A stretch of 64,000 bases of DNA from Antedon mediterranea (Eukaryota; Animalia; Echinodermata): the NCBI RefSeq assembly GCF_964355755.1, contig NC_092676.1, forward strand, positions 25,376,871 to 25,440,870, written 5' to 3'. The position numbers were made by a program, and so were the translations under genes. How positions within the stretch are numbered: the first letter of the stretch is position 1; each line of letters opens with the position of its first letter. The notes under the pieces are model-generated. The model was not told where the DNA came from and did no database searches. It saw only the letters and a list, made by a program, of their open reading frames with translations. Shown one piece after another: positions 1 to 12,879 of the stretch.

Positions 1-211
1 GATAAGGCGTGCTTTTGTGATAAATACTTCGGAATTTATAGAGAAGCCGGACCGGTTTTGTGTTTTTGCGTGTAATGCGTAAATATTACATTATGTAGTT
101 TCATTCACTCTCTTCCCTGGTTTTACTGACCAACTGGCAACGATTGAATAGTTTAGTCTGTCATTTTCCTAGCCCCATTACATTTTTGTAATTTGACCAT
201 AAACTACTCAC

Positions 212-1384
212 CAGAAATAACTTCAATAAGTTCCCAGGCAAAGCCGTCTGGAAAAGCTTCTTTAAACACACCATGGGAGCTTTCATTGGTCTGTCCTTGT
301 CCATTGTACAAGGGACATTCGCTTAAAAGCATATTGTAGTTTCCCATTCTTATGTTATCTTCAACATTCAGTGGTTTGCCGCCATTAACAATGAATTCGT
401 ACTTTTCGTGGTTAACCGATTTCCAATCCTATGCAATAAAAATATTTTTTCAATAGCATTTTTTTTGTGTGTGGTGAGATGTTTTCAATTAATATATATC
501 AATGTGATATATTATCAGACTGGATTTCAGTGTGTAAAACAAAATCAAAGGTTATATTTTCTTCTTTCTTTGCTTTAACTGATACCACCTGTATCTGTAA
601 CTGAAAGCCAATTTACACAGACGAGCGGTAAAGGTAATAACAATATAGAATCTATTTTATTCCTTTTGATCTTTTATACAAAGCGTGGTTACCGTTGTCT
701 GTGTATAAAATAGTAATTCTCTTCGTTACGTGTTTGGAAGAGAATTTATATCTCATCGTAGTTGTACGACACGGTTTGGTATGCCGTGTGTGTTATGCAA
801 ATGAGTTTGTGCAGGTGTAGTGGGTAGGCTAAAGGAGTACGGTTATGGTAGTTGGCGTGTGTGGCCGCACCTGCCCAGAATAAACATGTTTCAAACAGAT
901 AGTTTGTTTTTGTTGGTTCTTGTATGGGGTTAACGGGGACTGAGATGAGATTTGACCTTACGAGCAAAAAGTATGTACTATAATGGTCACCATACAGGTG
1001 CTTTATTCCTGATAAGATTCATGTTCACGCACGCCTCCCGGACGATGGGTAGGATGTTGCGAGCGATCAGACCAAATAATAGTTAGGTCTATAGGCCTAT
1101 AGGCTAATACCCAATCTTATAAATTGAAGGAACTGATAGATACTTTTTGGATACAAAGAAAACAAAATGTTATCACTTACTTCTTTGTCCATTTTATGAG
1201 TACTTTCCATTTCCCATGTTTTGACAAGATTTTCTACTATCTTTTCCAGAGATCCGGGAGCATGTTGACGCGTCTTCTCTTCTATGTATTTTTCGTTGAC
1301 CAGATCGTAGTTAGGCTTTCCTTTCCTCCATCTGATATTAGGATCTTCCATGTGGTCTCTTACTGGTGTTTCCACAGCTGCCAT
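212..1384 (-). CDS. Pathogen-related protein-like (plant PRP/SnoaL-like family), first two exons (1384-1181, 428-212); continues beyond window start
   Basis: Spliced translation MAAVETPVRDHMEDPNIRWRKGKPNYDLVN...GSLEKIVENLVKTWEMESTHK|DWKSVN...GNYN...SSHGVFKEAFPDGFAWELIEVISG with GT-AG junctions; the motifs WR.G.P.Y, SLE..V.NLVKTWEME..HK and F..AFP.GFAWE are recognised from memory of this family. Confidence 0.8.
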
Positions 1385-2673
1385 AGTGTAAAGTTAACCT
1401 AACCGTTGATTCGACGTTTTAGCTTCAAGTGACGTGAATATATATAACTCATTTCGTGTGCAAAACGGGTAATAAATAGTTGTGGTTCATTCAAGCTTAT
1501 CAATAGATAATAATTCATGTTGATACGTCATAATGTTCATGAAGTTATTTGATATGAATATTCATGGTAGTCTTATGCAGATCTATTGAGAGGGAGGGGA
1601 ACGAAACGGTACAGTTATAGTTACGCTAATTCTTTCAATAATTCATTTTGTTTGGTAAAAATCATTGTCAACATAGACAACTAGAAAAATACACTTAAAA
1701 TGGATTTAAAAACTATAAAAAGCAGAAAAGCGTGAGTTAAAATGTTGAGAAAAAAATACAGTTATAAGATTACAGTAAAAAATACGTTTAAAAAGTTATA
1801 AAAATTGAAATACCAATTAAATGTATAATTAAAACACTAAAAATATAAAAGTGGTTTGAAAAAGTTGAATTGATTTGGCAATAAAAGATTTTGACCAGGA
1901 TAGCCCAAAAACCCAATTACTCGGGTTTATTTCAGTGTTTTAGGGGTCTTGAAATAACACAGTAATAATTGTTAATCACAAACTTATGGACTGTGTTTAA
2001 ATTTGTATAACTATCTTCAACATTCTATTAAATTTAAATAGACTTAATTTGGCGAGCTCTTTTTGTTCAAGTCGAAATATTTTGCAGAAGGAAGAGTGAG
2101 ATTCCTCGGTACCCTGGTGTAAATACATTTTAGTTCATGATTTGTTTTTCGACTAAATCACGTTTGCATTATTACACACAAGTATACTTGTGTGCACTAG
2201 TAAGTCGCTTTGTTATATTATGCTTTCAAGTGTCTGTGCCAGACGACCCCACTAAGTTGATTTTCAAAAGAAATTATGTTAACAGAATAAAAAATAACCT
2301 TTGCGACTGCAAGAACCACCATTGTCTGTTCAATAAATACTAGGCTTCTATATTCACGTCAGAGGCTTTTTAATAAAGGTAGGGATGTATGAAGATATTA
2401 AAATTAGAAATGGCGTTCTTGCAGGGAAATATTTTTTAAATTTTCATACGCGCGCATACAACAAAGTAACTCGCCAAGACGCCAATTACAGGATGGATAA
2501 ACTATTTTATAATCGTATTGTGCTTATTATAAACATAGTAAATATCAAAATGAACGAAACAGTTTGTTCTGGGGAAAAATCTACTAAAACTGGACAACAA
2601 TATATTACTGAATAGGCAACTTTCTAAAAACATTTTTTTTTAGCAACCTTACTCAACAATAATCACCCAACTC

Positions 2674-2980
2674 GGGTAATTGGGCCGAGCGGTTAATGGC
2701 AGGGCGCGTTTACCCGTACCTAGAAGCCAACAAATCGGCGAGGGTTCGCTGCTAGTTCTAGTGGTGGAACATAAGTCTTCTCGGATAAAGTTCAGTGTAC
2801 ACATTTATAACATGTGTGCACATTAAAGAACCCAGTTCATTATTCAGTAGGGAGTTACCACGGTGAACTGGTTGAAAAATAGCCCCTGTATCAGGGGGAT
2901 TACCACCACCTGGGACAGTGATTAATTTACTATTGGTAATCCTTGGTCACATGTGCCTAAGACATAAATAAATAAATAAT
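2674..2980 (+). mobile_element. tRNA-derived SINE with Deu/Nin-like central domain
   Basis: Box A-like ggccgagcggttaa, box B-like gggttcgct, central cattaaagaaccc...gtagggagttaccacggtg, (taaa)n tail; reverse-strand relatives at ~6809-7143 and ~37531-37960. Confidence 0.6.
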
Positions 2981-3356
2981 ATAAAGCTTGGTTCCCATAG
3001 GACGCAGCGTAAGAACGTAAGCCGCAACGCAAACAAAGAATTGACCAATCACAAGTGTTGAGGCTTTTCTAATTACTTGTTTGTCCTAGTGTGCCCAGGC
3101 CCTATTTACTTTATAAATGTATTTTGTGATAGTATAAAGTGCACCAAAGACATGAATAGACATACATGCATTTATAGACAGTTTTACAATTTATTCTAAC
3201 AATAAAGCAACGAAAGATTTATTTTTTTTTTTTACGCAGCAGTAATTTGATTTTTCCCAATGTTGTTGTCAAATATGTAGAGGGCGTTAATAAGTCACAA
3301 CAGAAACCAACTGTACAGTAAGTACGCGCCACCAACACCCACCAGCTCAGAGGAAA

Positions 3357-6300
3357 ATGGCGAAAATGTTTTCAGTTAGTAATATGTTGCTGGTTTTTTG
3401 TATTGTTTTCTGTTTCTTAAATTCAGTTGAAGGTGCTTCGGAACCATGTAGATCTGATGCTTGTTTAGATTGCCCAAATTCCTGCAACTGTAGTAGTTCT
3501 ACAGCTAATTGTTCGAGATTAGGTTTCACCGGGTTTCCGGGAAAGCTAGGTGATTACGAATTCATGTAAGTATGTACTAAAACCACCGGTCGAATCGGTA
3601 TTGAAAGACAGAATAAGGAAATTGTCCTGGCCTAGCTATGAGGCCTATGTTTACAGTGGTAAAACATTAAATTCCGCCGAATTGGACACCCAAAAAACCA
3701 AATACAGTCTAAAAAAAACCAGACATTCCCATTTTATTATTTCTCCCTTCTTTAATTTCATTCAAGGAGGCTGGTCATCTGTGAGTTATAATAGGGCCTG
3801 ATACAATTTACCCAATGCACTTCCAGGGTTTAATTTTACGCCGTGGCTAAAGATACGGTAACGTATATCCATACTTTTCAAAACTAAAGGTACGGTAATT
3901 AGAGGTAGCCATAGCCTCATCACAAGCCCACTCGGCTGGCTTGCTGAAAACCATACATTGCCATTGCCATCTATTTGATTACCATCTATCTTACATAGCG
4001 TCCTCTATAATTACCGTACCTTTAGTTTTTAGAAGTACGAATACGGTACCGTATCTTTTAAAGTTAAATTTACTTGCTTACTTATTTGTATCCCAGAGGA
4101 AAAACATCTGAATTCAGGTCTGCTTCGTATAGAGGCCAAACATGCTTATAGGACCCTCATGAAAAACATTGTATTAAAATTAAACATATAGTATAAATTT
4201 GTGCAGGTGGTCAGACCAGATTATTTCAATAGCAGACTTGAAAACATTTAATATAGTCGAATTTACAACATCGTTGGACATAGAGTTCCACTGGTTTACA
4301 GTTCTCCTGGAGAAGGATCTCTGCCTCAAGTTTGATCAAGATAGAATAATGATAGATGATGTTTCAACTGAAATGAATTTCCTCTGGTATATCTGCCAAC
4401 ATTAAAGTCAAAAAAACAAATCTGTTGACATTATCAATACCTCTAATAATCCTGAAAGTTTGAGAGTATAGTAAATTTAAAGCTCTTAATCTGGTTTAAT
4501 ACGGCAAATGTTTAAACTCTGAAAACATGCGAGTAAGACGTTTCTAGAATGACTTCTTCCTTTTTTAATTTGGGAGAGTAAACTAAGTTACAGTATTCAA
4601 GATTAGGTTTTACAATTGCTTTATATAACTTCAACAGCCCTTCAAAACACGAAACGACCTCTTGATCATACCCAAATTTCATAATTAGCTCTTTTGCTAG
4701 CATGAGAAACAAAAATTCAAATCCGGATCAAAAGTTGCACCTAAATCTCTGTTCATTGTCAACTGCTTTGAGTTCAATGTTGTTGAAAATCAGGATTATG
4801 TCTGCCATAGTGGATATCTTTACATGTAAATTTTTTAACCAGGCAGACAAGGTGTCTATATTAACTTGGAAGTTTAATTTATCTTCATCTGAATTTATGA
4901 CTCTTTATGATATAAGTTCTATCAACTAAATCCAGAGGCCTAGTACATGTTATTGATGTGTTTTAATGTTATATTGATTTAAAAAAGATTGAAATATTGA
5001 GTACTGTATACTCATCAGTGCTAATCATCATTTTATTAAATTATAATACACTATTAAAAAATGCATTCAATTTAAAAATTACAATTTACATGTATGAATA
5101 TTTATATTTTTTTATGGAACTTTATTTCTTTTTTCAGTGATTTTAGTAAAAACAATTTCACCATGGTTGTATCTAGTGCTTTGCCAGGACATCCAAGCCT
5201 AAAAAATCTGTAAATATAACATTTTATTTTATTAACAATATTTTAGAATTTATCTAGGAATATAAAATCCTATATTTATGTTATTATCAATATTTTAGAA
5301 TGTAATGCGTAATAATCTAATTTAGATGTCTGTTCATGAAATTGTTTTGCTTTTATTTTAGTGATCTGAGCAGGAATCTCATAAAACAATTGAGTAACCA
5401 ATCATTTGATGGTCTTGAAAGCATTGAAGAGATGTAAGTGGTAATGTGTTTATTTACAACTACTGTACGCTGATAAAATGATGTATTTTGTCAGAGAATT
5501 TTACTTTTATTTTCACTTTACCACATCAATACAATTCCACTCACCATGAAAAAATATGTTTTTTTGTTTTTTTTTAGTTTTAATTATTAAACAGAGTCAC
5601 ACAGAACAAACAAAACAACTTAAAAATCAGTAAGACTCGATTAATTGGATATCACAAAAAGTATTTAATTTCATTGGGGTCCATATTCGACTTTAAAAAA
5701 AAAGAATTTGAAAAGTTGATAAATTGTGACCATTTTTCAATCCTTCCCCATATGCAAAATATGAATAACATAATTCAATTCATTATCATATCATTTATAC
5801 TAATTTGCAACCCAAATACTGTCCATTATAACATGTAACTGTAATTGATTTGGCAAGCTTAGGTTCTAGTAATTAATTGTCTTTTTCTTTTTTTTTCGCC
5901 AGAAATCTTTCATACAATAAATTGGAAATTTTAGCTGATAATGCATTCCCAAACCTAACGAATCTCACAATATTGTAAGTATTACACTTTTTTTTATAAA
6001 TGTTAAGCTCTGTCTACACTATCAAACTTTATGTGACAACAAAATATGATATGCCATATATGTACATATCACTACCATATTTGACAATAGGGACCTTTCA
6101 ATGACCAACCTAGGTCAGGTCAATCAATGTTTTGTTGGTCGTTGAACCTAGAAAACCTATGCCGAGGTGGAGAATGATGGACATGCGTCCCAATATCTCC
6201 TCATGCGCACAATGTACTAACATGACAGACATGGTTTAGTCGTTGGTTTTTGGAAATCGCAAGCTCCCTAAAGCTCTGTCTATACTATCAAACTAGTTTG

Positions 6301-9300
6301 ACAAAAACAAATATGGTAGTAATGTGCCCAAATATAATAGTGATGGGCCCAAATATGGTAGTGATATGCCCAAATATGGTAGTGATATGCCCAAATATGG
6401 TAGTGATATGACATCATCATGTCCATATATGGACATTTTTTATCAATTTTGTTTGTCAAATAAAATTTGATAGTGTAGCCAAAGCTATATGAAAAAAGCT
6501 TACAGAATATGCAGACAATTTAATGTATGTTATTGTTAGTTCTTTAATTTTTACATTTTTCTTTTCTTAGGAATTTAGGCAACAATGACATGTCAATTTT
6601 TAATCCTGTTGCTTTTGTGCCGAACATGATCAGAATGAAGAAGCTTTTGTTAAACGATAACAGATTCACTACGTTGTCTGATGTTACTGCAATTACGTTC
6701 CCGAACCTTCAACAGTTGTAAGTATTCGATTGTGAACGTAGCGGGTACAAATTTGGCGATCCTTTTTTTTTAAACGTCACTTTGTTATTATAATTATTAT
6801 TTCTTTATACTGGGTAGCGTTTTCAGTCAAAGATTCTTGTCCCAGAGGGCCCAGTTAGGATGAGTGGCTGTGTGTGACGGTGGATGTTTGTGACCATAGT
6901 TTTGTGTGTACATAATAAATAAATAATAAAACACCGGGGTAACCCCCTACACATCTCGAAAGATGTACTAGGTACTAGTGCAAGTGAACTAGATGTGTAC
7001 ACTGGACTTTTGGTTTATAGTCCATATCAGAGAAGACTCGTTTTACCACCAGACTACCATGGAGCGGGTGAGCCTCGAACCTTTGCCGATGGCTACATAA
7101 TTATTTATGGTTCCACTGTATTAATCACTCGGCCACTCGCTCGTTTACTCATTCTATGCATGATCGTACGTTTTGGAGAGGAATGTACAGAATGACAGTC
7201 ACATCTTGGCCTAAGATGATTGTACAATAAAATCTAAGCCTAGAAATATACTGTATTAGTATTATATACTATATTAGTCCACCTTGTTCTATTACATTCT
7301 ATGCCTCCTCCTAAGCTGGCTTACTATTAGTGGTGTTGTGGTTTTACTTATATTATATATTGATATAAGTCTGCGGTACACCATGTATATTAGTTGAGTT
7401 GAGTTTCTCGACGCTTCGCTCAATATGCTTTGATCGTCCTCAGGAGTGAGAATGCAGAAAGTTCAGGAACTTCAAGTTTGTACCGCAAAGTTATATCAAC
7501 ATTTGATTTCCCCATGCAAACCTTCAAACAATATATTATATACTTTGTAATTTATAGTCATAAATATATACTACCATTATATATATTTTTTTGCTATTAT
7601 TTGATTGGTTGATTTTGTATCGAGTACAGTGCATTAGTTAGTTCTATTGCAGGTACCTACTGTATGCATGTTGAGCTTTTTGTAAACATTTTGTGTTTTT
7701 CTTAATGTTAGAGATCTTAGCGGTAATTTGATCCAATGTGATGAGAATATGAAATGGATTACGACATTTCTGGTTAAAGAAGACACCTCCGTACAAGGCA
7801 CGTGTGATGGCCCTGTTCAACTGAGTGGCAAAAATCTTGATGCAGTTCTAATGGAGCAATTTAGTGGTAATTGATAAGTTTTTTTTGCTTGTTCAAATGA
7901 TTGTCATTCATATATTCTTTATATATTCTTCCTAAAAACACAACACTTGATGTACTGATGTAATGTCCTTGTTATTCAATGTATATTCCACATGACATGA
8001 AATCCCGATCAGTTAGCATGTTCAGCATTTATTTAAACAGTTTAATGTTTTTCAGATCCTACATATACAGTTCAACCAACCACAATGATGATGACAAAAA
8101 ATATGGAAACAACAGTGAAAGACAAGAAGAATCCAGAAGAATCTGGTGGAACAAGTAAGTATGCACTGTTTGCGATGACCTATGACATCATGTTTATTTA
8201 TATATATATATAAATCCAAAGGCAAATTACTGAAAAAAATGACAATGCTGTGGGTATCAGTGGCTGGATCTCAATGGAGATACAAAAATAAAAAGCGAAA
8301 AGCTAAATCAAAACGATAAAGTAAACAGCCAGAAAAGTTAGCAGAGCTTTCGGGTAACACTAGCCCTTCATCATTATATATATATAATGAATGAATGTTT
8401 TTTTTTAATAGATGCAGCAGCAATTGAGTTACCAAGCCTTTTCATACTGATAACAATGATATTACTGACGACCTATGACATAATGTTTATTTATATGTAC
8501 CGTACTGACGCGGGTATAAGCCCATACTCGGGTATAAGCCCACCCCCGACTTTTAACTAATTTTCATGAAAAATGAGGCACTCTGGTATAAGCCCACCCA
8601 TTAATTCGAAGATCTACAGTGTGTCGTAATACATTATTTTGTATTTGGTGACGTCCATACACCGAATACACCTACCTTTGATCATAACCAAGCTAGGCTA
8701 ATATACGCTAGGCCATATGAGGCCTAGCGGTCCTGTTTTGTTTACACTCCATCGAAGATCGCTTCACACACCACGCTACAAGTCGCCAAAACGGAAAACC
8801 ACTATTTGGTATCGGCTGCCATAAACAAGCTTATTAAATTTCTTTGGTACATTTCTATTTAAGAACATTGTATACTTGCATTTCTGCTTGATAAATTCTT
8901 GTTCAATTGATGTTTAAAATAAGATATTCTACGATAAATTACACGAACTATAAGCTTAATTTTACGACACTCTACACCTCGTGTATTTAGAGGCAACGTC
9001 TTACACGTGAGGGCGCTCGCTCGCATGGTGGAATACACAGTGTACATGTTTTTTTTTGACGATCTGCATTTTTGGATCCTCGGGTATAAGCTCACCCCCC
9101 AAACTTGACGTGAGTTCATGTTCAAGGGGGGTGGGCTTATACCCGCGTCAGTACGGTAATTGTGAATGTTATTGTTTGACAAATAGATGCAGCAGCAATT
9201 ATTGTGTTACCAATCCTTTTCATACTGATAATAATGATATTACTGACGACCTATGACATCATGTTTATTTATATATAATTCTGAATGTTATTGTTTTACA

Positions 9301-9484
9301 AATAGATGCAGCAGCAATTGTGTTACCAATCATTTTCGTACTGGTAATATTGATAGTAATCGGGGTTATATTGTACAAGAAGTGCCATCAGCCACGACAA
9401 GCCACGAACAAGAAGTACAGTGCAGTCAGCAAAGAACAAAATACCGGTAATAGAGTTTACAGTGACGTTACTACCGACTTATAA
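3357..9484 (+). CDS. Leucine-rich repeat single-pass membrane protein (signal peptide, LRRNT, ~6 LRR, LRRCT, Thr-rich stalk, TM, short tail). Exons 3357-3565, 5138-5209, 5362-5433, 5903-5974, 6571-6717, 7712-7866, 8056-8154, 9306-9484
   Basis: Signal peptide plus CPNSCNC...NCS LRRNT; three 72-nt phase-2 LRR exons (DFSKNNF, DLSRNLI, NLSYNKL); DLSGNLIQCD...W...C.GP..L.G LRRCT; hydrophobic IVLPIIFVLVILIVIGVILY followed by KK; all GT-AG. Confidence 0.85.
3839..4060. mobile_element. MITE with ~70-bp inverted arms (aaagatacggtaccgtat...aaaactaaaggtacggtaatt family)
   Basis: Arms at ~3849-3910 and ~3996-4058 are reverse complements; second copy at ~54227-54652. Confidence 0.7.
4512..4930 (-). mobile_element. 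Degenerate CR1/L2-type LINE reverse transcriptase C-terminal fragment
   Basis: Peptide LYKAIVKPNLEYCNLVYSP resembles the LY...VRP.LEYC..VWSP motif of CR1-clade ORF2; frame is broken. Confidence 0.55.
6270..6487. mobile_element. Abundant short MITE (TIR agctctgtctacactatcaaact) with internal 21-bp repeats cccaaatatggtagtgatatg
   Basis: TIRs visible; full or partial copies at ~6005, ~17560, ~17740, ~43088, ~43921, 46080-46262, ~49038, ~55550, ~56602, ~56783, ~57185 and in the duplicated block. Confidence 0.75.
6809..7143 (-). mobile_element. Deu/Nin-like SINE copy
   Basis: Homologous to 37531-37960 and to the reverse complement of 2674-2980; ends in tRNA-like gagcctcgaacc...ttaatcactcggccact. 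Confidence 0.65.
7407..7446 (-). ncRNA. Degenerate minimal type I hammerhead ribozyme motif (Penelope-like repeat remnant)
   Basis: Minus strand reads ctc-CTGAGGA-cgatcaa-agcata-ttgagc-GAAG-cGTC-gag; the core has GAAG instead of GAAA and stem II has one mismatch. Confidence 0.45.
8500..9156. mobile_element. Tc1/mariner-pogo-type MITE, TA target duplication
   Basis: Perfect TIR ccgtactgacgcgggtataagccca / tgggcttatacccgcgtcagtacgg flanked by TA on both sides. Confidence 0.85.
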
Positions 9485-12400
9485 TTGGTACTGTAGTTGT
9501 GTTGCAGATTTTAATAGTGGTAAAAAGCTTTGTTTATCGTGTGTTACTGTGGCTTCTAGATTTCATTATCTTAAAGGAGAAGTAACATGTTTTATATTCA
9601 ATACAATAAATGTTTTAATACAGATGATTGATACATCTCAGAATTGCCAAAATGTGGTTTTAAGGAAAACTGCGAATGAAAAGTGTATTAACAGATTCGT
9701 ATCAATGAATAGATGTATTGCCTTGATAGCCAATTAATTTGCCATTGTATTTGACAAGGCGTTCATTAATCACAAATAATTAATTAATGATGCTCATAAA
9801 ATGTGCGTTGCAATTTGAGATATCTTGTGGCTTGTTATGTAGTCACCCTAATGCAAAACAGTACTTCAACTAAATTGTTGTACGTGCTATCCCGTGTAGT
9901 TTCCTGATCGATTAAGCGTGGTTAATTGGACGTAACACAAGCGATATGATCCATTGTCATGATTGGTCAAATGATGTCGTTGCATTGTAGTCGAGTTGCT
10001 TGCAGTAATCTTATTCAATTTTCTAGTGTATATCTACAAATCTATCATTTCAAAATATTCATTCATATTTTGATTCATAATTCAACTAATAGTTATTCAA
10101 TAATAAATGTATGTGCAATAAGTTTATATAATAATTCAAGAAACAATTCTGAAAAATAAAATTTTAAATATTAAAATTCAAAATTTGTCAGAAGACTAAA
10201 TTTTTATCTGATTGTTTATTTAATTTTCAAGATTCTTTCATCAATTGGACTTTTTATATAGAATTAGTTTTGAGATTTTTAAACTTTACCTCATTTATCC
10301 AATCTAAAGATGTGCAGACACTATACTGGTAAATACATTGTTTATGCAATCCAATTATAATCCCGCCCCCTTCAGACCCCCTGAAATTAAATTCTGTCAA
10401 ATACGGTATATCAAAAATAGCATTATTGTTTTTTAGGTGTTTTTTATGCTATTAAATTATATTTCAGCTATTTAAACTAAATATAATCAATTTTTTAATC
10501 AATAGTGTCGTATAAAGCGAGTATGTTTAAAAACAAATTGTTAAGGCTGTGCGCATCATATATGTATTTGTGGCAAATCTAATATACTAAAGGTCGAGAA
10601 CTACACAGTAAGTCACAATACATTACTGCAGAAACTAAAGTAGATTTACTGCAGTATATATTAACTTTGTCACAGTTTTTGTAATGCTTTACCTTGATTT
10701 TAAAGTTTTTCATATTTTAAATTTTCAGCTTTTTCTTTATTATAAACTTTATTTGTATTGACAGTATTTTGATTATTAGTGGGTGCTTCGATGAGGATCA
10801 GGGAATTTATGATTGCATGATGGGAATGAGTCCTCATCAACAGAGTGTTTGATCCCATGCTTACTTACCATTCAGCATTGTTATAGCGTATCAAAACTGG
10901 GCCCAAATATCTGAATGTTGGCGTAGTTGGAAAGAAACTTCTGTTATGCAATCATAAAATCTCTTAGTATTTTATAATTCCATAATATGCCCACCCGTTT
11001 TTATTTAATTAGTTTAATCAGTAATTTAATTTGTTAAATGTATGTTTGTATGTATTTTAAAGTATTAATTTTGCTTATAATATTTGGTGGCTTACGAAGG
11101 TCTTTCATTTGTAATTACAATATCAACTGCTTGTCAATTGGTTGCCAGTTTTACAGGTGTTTTTTTTTCCAATTTTGAATGAAATTTTATAAATAATTTC
11201 AGCTTATGATATAGGTAGTGTACTGTAGATGGAGATAATATTCAGCATTTATATATATTGTGGTACTAGGTGTTCATATATACTGTAATTAAGTTTCTTT
11301 TATATATATATAAATTGCCAATGGACATTTTGATATTTAGTTTTATCGTGTATATTATTTTATACAAATGTAAAAATGTTTTTGCTAAACTGAACATTTT
11401 ATTAAATAAGTGAAGTCCTCAAATACACCCATTTAACAACAGAATAATTGTATAAAATTCTTTATTGACTCCCTGCCTTTCTATAATAAATATATTTTAT
11501 TTTACATACTGCACACGTACAATAAATGCAGTAAATATTTTCATCTGGAGACAGACAATACATTTTAAAATCAAATTGGATCAAGAGATATAAAATAATT
11601 CAGACATAATTTTGATACAAATTATTTATTAAACTTATTATTATTGTATTTTAAATATAGCAAAAAACCAAATTAATATTTTTATACCAAATAAGGAGAT
11701 ATATTGTCTTAATTTTAATGCAAACGTCATCATCGTTTTTACCCTTTCTAAGATAATACTATTGTAAAACATTTGTGTGTTGTCCCGTAATGACAATTAT
11801 TTATATAGGCTATTTTAAGATATTTATTTCTTAGCCCATGAAGCTATAACATGCTCAGCTTAACAAGTCATTTCAATAATTGTTCATGTTTGTTAAATTT
11901 AATTAAACTACTTAAAATTTGTTTTAAAGAAATTTTACCTGTTAATAATCCCAGCATTTTGCTTGCTTTTGTCATAGATTGTGGTGTTGGTTAATAAATG
12001 ATGCGCTAATTAATAAATGTGAAGTTGTAATTTATTGTCATTTAGTTAGTCAACTGTTTATTTTACATTTTGATGAAACTGTCACTGTACATTTTTTATC
12101 AAAATTATACCTCGATAATAACAACCGTAACTTAAATGCGTCTTTCGCGCTCCATACCAGAGTTTGAAATAATCCTGTCGCAAGTATTTTTCCACCTTCA
12201 GAAAGCGTGGTAAAATTTGATTAAAAAACTACGGGTTTTTAGCAAGAAACCTACAGTAACTGGTGTATTATAATTCATTAATATTTCTACTCAATTTGAA
12301 AGTAAGAACTATTTTAATTTAATAATTGAACAGCCACAAGCTTCAATTTTAGCTAGGCTAAGCTTTTTATGAACTGGATGGCCGATGGTCAATAATAAGG

Positions 12401-12879
12401 CGGCAGGACCTGCCATCCATTGAGGGGGTGATACTCAAAGATTCGTGTTTATAATTATATGGATTAGGCCTAGCCTAGGTTTTTTTTTAATTAAATTTTG
12501 TAATAACACACTTTCACTATGAAAAATTTTGGATATTTTGGTTTTCGATGGTTGATTGGCATCGCTATTTTGACTATCTAACTAAAGAAAGAGATTTATT
12601 TTATTTGAAACCAACAAAAGCATATTAACTGTACATTTTACTGTAAGTAAGTGTAATCTCTATAAAAATAGACGTTGATTTTATTTCAAACTTGACTGTT
12701 TTCTGTCATCAACATATTTGTCCTGCACGGCAGCAAGATCTCACTATCTTACTGCACTACTGTGCATCATGTCATTATTCCGATAATATGATAATACCAC
12801 ATAAAAAAATAGATTGTTTCTAGGCAAAAATGATCTGATGAATTTGTAGAAAGCATTCTTTCTATTTTTTAGGAACAAC

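Noticed and set aside
3357-9484. Functional link between the VLR-like LRR gene and the nearby RAG1-like element
   Set aside because: The LRR gene has ordinary intron-separated exons, with no cassette array or signal sequences seen. Proximity alone is not evidence.
12515-12525. CACTATGAAAA just upstream of the left duplication breakpoint, resembling my recollection of the ProtoRAG TIR start
   Set aside because: It lies outside the element, differs from this element's CACGTAT end and has no partner motif. CACTATG also occurs by chance at 52521.
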